From the NCBI GenBank assembly GCA_041674405.1, contig JBAYVT010000003.1:1-32000 (forward strand): a stretch of 32,000 nt of DNA. Reading direction: 5' to 3'. Each line of letters starts with the position of its first letter. Positions within the stretch are counted from its first letter, which is position 1. Made by a program: the position numbers and the translations under genes. Under the pieces are notes generated by a model, which did no database searches, was not told the origin of the DNA, and saw only the letters and a program-made list of their open reading frames with translations. Positions 25,698 to 32,000 of this stretch are shown here, in pieces. The DNA comes from Patescibacteria group bacterium. GTDB taxonomy: Bacteria > Patescibacteriota > UBA1384 > XYA2-FULL-43-10.

Positions 25698-26039
25698 TTA
25701 TTTTACTTCGGCGACCAGCTTTTCCATTACTTCAGGATTGTTTTTGGCAAGGTCAGCAAGGATTTTGCGGTTTAGATCTATCTTTTTCTCGGCAAGTTTG
25801 TGTATGAACTCGGAATAGGAAATCCCCTTGTCTGAAAGAAATGCATTGATTCGGACGATCCAAAGTGAGCGGAATTCTCTCTTTTTCACTCGTCTGTCAC
25901 GATATGAATACTTACCAGCCTTAAGGACTGCTTGCTTGGCAAGCTTAAAAACGGACTTTCTTCGTCCAGTATATCCTTTTGCCGCTTTGATAATTTTTTT
26001 GTGTTTGGCATGTCTTACCGTGCCACGTTTTACTCTCAT
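25698..26039 (-). CDS. rplT: 50S ribosomal protein bL20
   Basis: MRVKRGTVRHAKHKKIIKAAKGYTGRRKSVFKLAKQAV, FRSLWIVRINA. Confidence 0.98.
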   Translation of the reverse strand: MRVKRGTVRHAKHKKIIKAAKGYTGRRKSVFKLAKQAVLKAGKYSYRDRRVKKREFRSLWIVRINAFLSDKGISYSEFIHKLAEKKIDLNRKILADLAKNNPEVMEKLVAEVK

Positions 26040-26048
26040 TGTTCTCCT

Positions 26049-26234
26049 TTATAGGTATGGGGCAAGTTTTTTAACTTTCTTGATATCTGCAGTTGTAACT
26101 CTTTGCGGCACCTTCTTGCGATCAGATTTATGGGTAAGGAGGTGGGAAACCGCAGCTTTGTCTCGCATCAAAATACCAGATCCGGTTTTTCGGACTCGTT
26201 TTACTGTTGCTTTGTGAGTTTTAAGTTTTGGCAT
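26049..26234 (-). CDS. rpmI: 50S ribosomal protein bL35
   Basis: MPKLKTHKATVKRVRKTGSG ... AHLLTHKSDRKKV. Confidence 0.96.
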   Translation of the reverse strand: MPKLKTHKATVKRVRKTGSGILMRDKAAVSHLLTHKSDRKKVPQRVTTADIKKVKKLAPYL

Positions 26235-26236
26235 GT

Positions 26237-26776
26237 CTAATCCTCTTTTTCCGATTCGTTTGATTCTTCTCTAATTCCCTTAACCATCGCATTTAGCATA
26301 TTTCCTAGTTTACCAGGCCTAGATTCGTAAATAAGGCCAGAAGCTTGTGAAAATCTATCAAATACATTAATCGCATTTCCTACAAAGGCATTCTCCCTGC
26401 CACGGAGACGCATTGAAACTTTGATTTTGAATCCTTTGTCGAAAAGTTCCCTTGCCTGTTTTGCTTTGTATTCAATATCATGGTCACCGATATTGGCAGT
26501 AAGGCGTATCTCTTTTAGGCCGGTTTCTTTTTGTTTGGCTTTGTTTTCTTTGTCTTTTTTAGCCAATTCGTATTTATAGCGGCCAAAATCCATAATTTTG
26601 CATACAGGCGGGCGAGAAGTAGAATTTATCTCCACAAGATCAAGCCCTTTTTCCTTGGCAAGGCTAATAGCCTCGGCGTTGGATATTTCCCCGAGCTTGT
26701 TTCCTTCTTCGTCTATGACAAGAAGCGGTGAGAACCGGATATTTTCATTGATCCGGATAAATCTGTTCTTGCTAAT
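26237..26776 (-). CDS. infC: Translation initiation factor IF-3, probable AUU start
   Basis: RINENIRFSPLLVIDEEGNKLGEIS, RPPVCKIMDFGRYKYE, KEIRLTANIGDHD, IKVSMRLRGRE. Track start TTG at 26818; an in-frame ATT at ~26774-26776 follows AAGGAG. Confidence 0.92.
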   Translation of the reverse strand: MSKNRFIRINENIRFSPLLVIDEEGNKLGEISNAEAISLAKEKGLDLVEINSTSRPPVCKIMDFGRYKYELAKKDKENKAKQKETGLKEIRLTANIGDHDIEYKAKQARELFDKGFKIKVSMRLRGRENAFVGNAINVFDRFSQASGLIYESRPGKLGNMLNAMVKGIREESNESEKED

Positions 26777-26942
26777 TCTGAACTCCTTTTTTCCTTTTTG
26801 CAGCCCTAAGAATAACAAAAAGTTGGCGAAAAGTCAACAAACAATTAATAGAAAAAAGAGATGTGAAAAAAGAGATGTGAAAAACTAGGAAACTGGCTTT
26901 GAAAATCCAGATTTCTCAGTGCAAATTTTTCGATACCCAAGT

Positions 26943-27710
26943 TCAATCTTCAATATGCTTACCAACAATTAACCTCAATTTTTCATCCGTACTTTCGATA
27001 TATTGTGGAGTTTTTGATATTACTGACCCTCCCGATGTTATAAATACCGACTTATTGGTAAAAATTCTCATCGATCTTGCGCGAAAGGTGCTAATATTTT
27101 TTTCAAGTATTTTATTCAATGTAAACAAACCTGATATTTTTTCCAGAATACCATTTTCATGTTGAATATCAGATTGGATTGTTACGTCCAAATATTCCGG
27201 TTTCGGTTTTTTCACATTGGGTTCAATATTTGAAATCGTCATTTTGCTGACTTTTGCCTGAACTAGATAACCCTTGAATTCGATCGTAATTTCCGTGGAT
27301 TTCTTAAGTTCGAGCTCGGCAGATGTAATAAAATGCCTTCTGTTTCCAGTCATGCCAAGATTAATCTCTTTGATTCTGCGAAATCTTAGAACATCGATAG
27401 CATCTCTTGGATTTCTAACCCCGATAACATTTTCGATTTCGGCCGATGCCTCGAGTGGAATTATTCCCATGGCTTCTGGTTTACCAACCATTTTGTCAGC
27501 TACTTGATTTATAATATCATCAGAACCAACCGCGACGATTGTTGAATATTTTTTTCGCAGTCCAATCTCAGCAAGCTCTGAAGCTGATTGCACACCAGTT
27601 ACATAAGTGAATTCACCAGAAATACCAATATGGGCAAGCTGGTCCTTGATTGCTTCAACCTGAGTTTTCTTCTTACATTTTTTCGGATCAAAAATATAGT
27701 AGTACATCAA
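26943..27710 (-). CDS. Divergent diacylglycerol-kinase/YegS-like protein
   Basis: YYIFDPKKCKKKTQVEAIKDQLAHIGI, IVAVGSDDIINQVADKMVGKPEAMGIIPLEAS resembles the DAGK catalytic-domain N-lobe. Confidence 0.65.
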   Translation of the reverse strand: MMYYYIFDPKKCKKKTQVEAIKDQLAHIGISGEFTYVTGVQSASELAEIGLRKKYSTIVAVGSDDIINQVADKMVGKPEAMGIIPLEASAEIENVIGVRNPRDAIDVLRFRRIKEINLGMTGNRRHFITSAELELKKSTEITIEFKGYLVQAKVSKMTISNIEPNVKKPKPEYLDVTIQSDIQHENGILEKISGLFTLNKILEKNISTFRARSMRIFTNKSVFITSGGSVISKTPQYIESTDEKLRLIVGKHIED

Positions 27711-27794
27711 TATATCTAAAAACTAATATCTAATAACTAAAACCGCAGGAAATATTCTTGAATGACCTAGCAACTAGTCACTAGAAACTAGAAA

Positions 27795-28220
27795 CTACTT
27801 TTTATTTTTATCCCAGAAGCCTGCCTTGGGAGTGCTTTCGGCTATTACTTCATCTTTGAGTTCATCTTTTTCAGTTTTTCCAGGGGTTTCTTTGGCACCA
27901 GCCATAATACTATTTCCATTGAAAATTGCACCTTCGCGAATAATCAGGGTTTTGGTTTTAATATCGCCGGAAACCGCTCCGGTCGGATCGAGCTCAACTT
28001 TTTCAGTCGCTTCCACCACCCCATCAACTTTGCCCGAAACCAAAATATTTTTGGCCATCACCGGACCCTTCACACTCGCAGAAGAACCAATGGTCACATT
28101 TTCATCGCTCTTAATCTCCCCCTCGACATTACCATTGATCTGAATCGAACCCTTGTTTTTCAAGTTCCCCTTGACGCTGACATCCACACCAATGATTGTG
28201 TCTGCTTGTTGGGCTTCCAT
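27795..28220 (-). CDS. Bactofilin-family polymer-forming protein
   Basis: TIIGVDVSVKGNLKNKGSIQINGNVEGEIKSDENVTIGSSASVKGPVMAKNILVSGKVDGVVEATEKVEL. Confidence 0.93.
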   Translation of the reverse strand: MEAQQADTIIGVDVSVKGNLKNKGSIQINGNVEGEIKSDENVTIGSSASVKGPVMAKNILVSGKVDGVVEATEKVELDPTGAVSGDIKTKTLIIREGAIFNGNSIMAGAKETPGKTEKDELKDEVIAESTPKAGFWDKNKK

Positions 28221-28319
28221 TTTGCTCCTTATGATTGATTAGTATTTACTATTTTCTTTACTAAATCATATCACAGATAAATTTTCAAAGAAGGGGATAA
28301 ATATGTTGATAAAACTTGT

Positions 28320-28348
28320 ACCGCTCGCCCATACCAGGGGCGAGCGGT
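28320..28348 (-). terminator. Strong GC-rich hairpin at the 3' end of the PyrD-like gene
   Basis: ACCGCTCGCCC-ATACCAG-GGGCGAGCGGT, 11-bp arms, followed on the minus strand by TACAAGTTTT. Confidence 0.75.
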
Positions 28349-29226
28349 CAGTCAGTGTCTGGTAACCCCCAGATCCGTATCCAGAGGAAAAGGAACAAAG
28401 TAAGAAATAGGTGCTGCGTTAGCACGGAGCCAAGGGAGAAATATGTGGCTCCGGCTCGCCGAAAGCGGTAGAGGTCACGATAGCGCATTATGCCGCCGCC
28501 GCCGATGATGGGGAATCCCTTCGGCAAAACACTCCTCAAAGTCGTGATCGTTTCGCGGGCAATCTTCTGGATCTTGCTTCCCGAAACGGCGCCTTTTACT
28601 CCGAGCCATCGCTCGAGCGGGGAGGGTTTGTTCCCAAAGATGCGTTCCCAGCGAACGGTATTGATAGCGCTCACGGCCTGTATATAACCTTGTCTCGCTG
28701 CACAAGCAACTGCCTTTATTTGCCGCTCGTCAGCGGCAATTTTGGCAATGACAGGTCGTGGGAGGAACCTGGCAACCCTCAGGATTCCCAAGAAGTCGAT
28801 GGCTTCGGCGACGTTCGGGCATGAGAGATTAATCTCGAACGCCAGAACGTGCCTGAACCACTCCGGATGAAGCTTGTGGTATTTTCTCACAAGCCGAACC
28901 ATCATAGCCATTTCGGCCGGAGACTTGGCATGAAGTGATACGATTACGTCGTGCCGCAGCCTAGGAAGAATGACCAGTAGAAGATGCAATAACCCTTTGT
29001 TACCGAGGGCCATAGCATTGACACAACTTTCCATTCCCCACAGCATACGGAGGGCTTTCCACGGAGGATTGCCTTTGTTAGGTAGGTAGGTGACGGATTT
29101 TAGTACCGGAATCATTGCGACCATCCAGTAATAAATCCGCTGCAGTGGAATCCAACCCATGCCTGTCATCCCCATCGCGCCAGAAGCGACGATGAGTTTT
29201 TTGGGCAGAAGCAGTGTCTTACTCAT
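28348..29226 (-). CDS. Dihydroorotate dehydrogenase-like (PyrD-fold) flavoprotein (GC-rich island 3)
   Basis: AFEINLSCPN, VIAKIAADERQIKAVACAARQGYIQAVSAINTV, GAVSGSKIQKIARETITTLRSVLPKGFPIIGGGGIMRYRDLYRFRRAGATYFSLGSVL; GC-rich. Confidence 0.78.
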   Translation of the reverse strand: MSKTLLLPKKLIVASGAMGMTGMGWIPLQRIYYWMVAMIPVLKSVTYLPNKGNPPWKALRMLWGMESCVNAMALGNKGLLHLLLVILPRLRHDVIVSLHAKSPAEMAMMVRLVRKYHKLHPEWFRHVLAFEINLSCPNVAEAIDFLGILRVARFLPRPVIAKIAADERQIKAVACAARQGYIQAVSAINTVRWERIFGNKPSPLERWLGVKGAVSGSKIQKIARETITTLRSVLPKGFPIIGGGGIMRYRDLYRFRRAGATYFSLGSVLTQHLFLTLFLFLWIRIWGLPDTD

Positions 29227-29312
29227 CGACTCACTTCCTTTGCAATGTTGTCGGTGCCTCGAAAAAAGTATATTCGAAAATCCGAAAGATCACAAATGGA
29301 TGATTATAACCC

Positions 29313-29341
29313 TTGAAGAATCTTGACAAATGGTGTATAAT
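29313..29341 (+). promoter_or_regulatory. Probable sigma70-type promoter for uvrA
   Basis: TTGAAG (29313-29318), 17-bp spacer, TATAAT (29336-29341), 31 nt before the uvrA ATG. Confidence 0.6.
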
Positions 29342-29372
29342 TGCATAGATTTTTGCGAATCAGAAAGTATAT

Positions 29373-32000
29373 ATGGATCAAATCAAAATACATGGTGCCA
29401 GAGAGCATAATTTAAAAAATATAAGCCTTGATATACCAAGGAATAAGCTTGTTGTGATCACCGGATTATCCGGTTCGGGCAAGTCTTCCCTCGCCTTTGA
29501 TACGATTTACGCCGAAGGCCAGAGAAGATATGTTGAAAGCTTGTCATCCTATGCAAGGCAATTTTTGGGCATAATGCAAAAGCCAGATGTTGACTATATT
29601 GAAGGATTATCTCCGGCCATTTCGATCGACCAGAAGTCAGCGTCTAGAAATCCAAGATCAACCGTGGGAACAATCACTGAAATTTATGATTATTTAAGAT
29701 TACTTTTTGCCCGGGTTGGAATTCCACATTGCCCGAATTGCGGCAAACCAGTTTCTCGTCAATCGGTTTCTGAGATTACAGAGCAGGTTTCAAAATCAGG
29801 AAATAACACTCGCCGAATAGCAATTTTAGCACCACTTATTACTGATAAAAAAGGTGAACACAAGCAAATTTTTGAACAAATTAAACGCGGCGGCTTTGCT
29901 CGCGTCCGGCTTGACGGCACAATTATGGACCTTGAGGAAGCTGAGAATCTTGAGCTCGATAAACAAAAAAAACACTCCATTGATGTTGTCGTCGATCGCC
30001 TTATTATTGAACCCCTCGACCTTGCTCGAGGTAAAAAAGGTATTGACGAATCAAACCGGAAGCGCCTCTTTGATTCTATAGAAAAGGCTCTCGAAGTTTC
30101 GGGTGGGAAACTTACCGTTTATAACTTTGAAACCGATAAATCAAAGTTTTATAGCGAGAATTTCGCTTGCGCTACTTGTGGCATTTCAATGCCAGAGTTA
30201 GCGCCGCGATCATTTTCTTTTAATTCTCCTCATGGCGCTTGTTCTTATTGCCAAGGACTCGGCACTCGCCGGGAAATTGACCCGAAGTTAGTTTTGCCTA
30301 ACCCAAAATTATCAATTCTGGAGGGAGCAATTCGCCCATGGATTCGTTCGACTTCGAATTCAACCTGGTATTTTAGAATTATGGAAGCTGCTGCCCGCGC
30401 ACACAAGGTTGACCTTGGTAAACCTATTAAGAACCTGAGCAAAGATGATCTGAGGGTAATTTTATTTGGCACAGGTGAAGAAGAATTCAATGTCCGAGGA
30501 TATATTACAAAGTATGAAGGTGTCATACCCAACTTAATGCGACGTTATAAAGAAACTGATTCCGATTATGTAAAACGAGAAATTGAAAAATACATGGTTG
30601 TAAAAACTTGTCCATCATGCGGTGGAGCCAGATTGCGTCCGGAAGTATTGGGTGTAAAAATTAATGACAAAAATATTGTTGAAATTTCTCAAATGACGAT
30701 TGAAAATTCGGCTGCTTTTTTTGATTCACTTGATAAAAAACTTACTGAGAGTGAAAAAAATATTGCCAAGCAAATTATTAAAGAAATTTCCCAGCGTCTG
30801 AATTTCTTAATTAATGTTGGCTTACCATATTTGACCATCGATCGAAATGCTGCCACCCTAGCAGGTGGAGAAGCACAAAGAATTCGCCTGGCAACCCAAA
30901 TTGGTTCTGGCCTCATGGGTGTTTTATACATATTGGACGAGCCTTCGATTGGCTTACATCAGCGCGATAACGGAAGGCTTTTGACAACACTTAAAAATCT
31001 AAGAGATCTCGGAAATACCGTTATTGTAGTCGAGCATGATGAGGAAACAATGGAAGAATCAGACTATCTCATTGATATTGGTCCTGGTGCCGGTGAGCAC
31101 GGCGGAAATGTTGTGTGCCAAGGCACACCAAGCGAGGTGAAAAAAATGAATGGATCTGTGACGGCTGATTATCTGTCTGGTAGAAAAAAAATTGACATAC
31201 CTAAAATCCGCAGAAGCGGTTCGGGAAATTTTCTGGAAATTATCGGAGCCGAGGAAAACAACCTTAAAAATATTGACGTGAAAATTCCATTAAACGCTTT
31301 TGTTTGTGTCACAGGGGTCTCGGGTTCAGGCAAATCAACATTGATCAATGATATCCTAGCCAAAGATCTTTCGCATAAATTTCATCGATCTCAAGAACTT
31401 CCTGGAAAACACAAGGAAATAGTTGGATATGAAAATTTGAACAAGATTATCGATATTGATCAGTCTCCAATTGGTAAATCTCCACGCTCCAACCCCGCAA
31501 CTTATACTGGGGCTTTTACCCCAATCAGGGAACTTTTTGCTAGCACCCAGGAAGCAAGAATGCGCGGTTACAGGCCTGGTAGATTCTCCTTTAATGTCAA
31601 AGGTGGACGCTGTGAAAAGTGCCGCGGTGATGGCGTTATTAAAATAGAAATGCACTTTTTGCCCGATGTATATATAACTTGCGAGGAATGTAAGGGCAAA
31701 AGATACAATAAAGAAGCTTTAGAAATTCATTATAAAGGTAAATCGATTGCCGATGTGCTAGATATGACAGTTGAGGCAGCAACAGAATTTTTCAAAAATA
31801 TTCCGAATATATACCAAAAATTTGTGGTCTTAAGTGAAGTTGGTTTGGGCTATGTTAAGCTCGGACAGCCAGCAACAACTCTTTCTGGCGGCGAAGCTCA
31901 GCGAATTAAGCTTGCTACCGAACTTGCTAGGCGCGGAACTGGAAAAACCCTCTACATTCTCGATGAGCCGACAACCGGCTTGCATTTTGATGATGTGGGG
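29373..32000 (+). CDS. uvrA: Excinuclease ABC subunit UvrA, 5' part (runs off the window)
   Basis: [65 protein letters not shown]; second Walker [10 protein letters not shown]; [15 protein letters not shown]. Open to window end, so missing from the ORF track. Confidence 0.98.
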   Translation, partial: MDQIKIHGAREHNLKNISLDIPRNKLVVITGLSGSGKSSLAFDTIYAEGQRRYVESLSSYARQFLGIMQKPDVDYIEGLSPAISIDQKSASRNPRSTVGTITEIYDYLRLLFARVGIPHCPNCGKPVSRQSVSEITEQVSKSGNNTRRIAILAPLITDKKGEHKQIFEQIKRGGFARVRLDGTIMDLEEAENLELDKQKKHSIDVVVDRLIIEPLDLARGKKGIDESNRKRLFDSIEKALEVSGGKLTVYNFETDKSKFYSENFACATCGISMPELAPRSFSFNSPHGACSYCQGLGTRREIDPKLVLPNPKLSILEGAIRPWIRSTSNSTWYFRIMEAAARAHKVDLGKPIKNLSKDDLRVILFGTGEEEFNVRGYITKYEGVIPNLMRRYKETDSDYVKREIEKYMVVKTCPSCGGARLRPEVLGVKINDKNIVEISQMTIENSAAFFDSLDKKLTESEKNIAKQIIKEISQRLNFLINVGLPYLTIDRNAATLAGGEAQRIRLATQIGSGLMGVLYILDEPSIGLHQRDNGRLLTTLKNLRDLGNTVIVVEHDEETMEESDYLIDIGPGAGEHGGNVVCQGTPSEVKKMNGSVTADYLSGRKKIDIPKIRRSGSGNFLEIIGAEENNLKNIDVKIPLNAFVCVTGVSGSGKSTLINDILAKDLSHKFHRSQELPGKHKEIVGYENLNKIIDIDQSPIGKSPRSNPATYTGAFTPIRELFASTQEARMRGYRPGRFSFNVKGGRCEKCRGDGVIKIEMHFLPDVYITCEECKGKRYNKEALEIHYKGKSIADVLDMTVEAATEFFKNIPNIYQKFVVLSEVGLGYVKLGQPATTLSGGEAQRIKLATELARRGTGKTLYILDEPTTGLHFDDVG

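Noticed and set aside
26855-26886. Direct repeat AAAAAGAGATGTG x2 upstream of infC
   Set aside because: Two short AT-rich copies only; noted as possible slippage or leader sequence, but too weak to claim as regulatory.
27770-27797. ACTAGTCACTAGAAACTAGAAACTA short tandem-like repeat between the DAGK-like and bactofilin genes
   Set aside because: Short imperfect repeat with no second site seen in the window; insufficient for an element call.
28348-28705. Alternative ORFs inside the PyrD-like gene (28475-28705 minus, 28490-28687 plus)
   Set aside because: Nested in the PyrD-like frame with no motifs; GC-rich coding artefacts.
29324-29341. TTGACA...TATAAT pair upstream of uvrA with the perfect -35 hexamer
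   Set aside because: The spacer is only about 7 bp; TTGAAG at 29313 with a 17-bp spacer is the more plausible -35.

Overview
The window reads as an AT-rich, densely packed housekeeping region, probably from a Candidate Phyla Radiation/Patescibacteria-like genome. That affiliation is inferred from short operons, divergent core genes and gene content; no rRNA is available to test it. Supported genes are rsmH, queH, a PQQ-propeller/PHP-phosphoesterase/FIMAH-like surface protein, miaB, rplY (bL25/CTC), uvrB, trmD, khpA, rpsP, a fused def-fmt, galE-like, priA, a LigB/MEMO-like protein, der, lepB, lgt, a DksA/TraR-like gene, lspA, purD, rplT, rpmI, infC, a divergent DAGK-like gene, a bactofilin and the 5' part of uvrA. 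Three GC-rich islands interrupt it: (1) a membrane-anchored hypothetical plus a PspA-like coiled coil, (2) a divergent PurM/AIR-synthase-like gene, and (3) a PyrD-like gene. The best leads are: a ~110-nt structured RNA candidate with GNRA-type loops and a possible pseudoknot (3499-3603); an 89-bp duplicated hairpin element (3912-4000 and 9253-9341) plus a related perfect palindrome (5333-5374) bracketing GC island 2; small GC-rich palindromic elements inserted in frame inside miaB and trmD; a def-fmt fusion; a large insertion between the GalE active-site motifs; and probable non-canonical start codons for infC (AUU) and the PurM-like gene (CUG). No CRISPR array, transposase, tRNA or rRNA was recognised. 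All family names are from motif recognition by eye; no searches were run.
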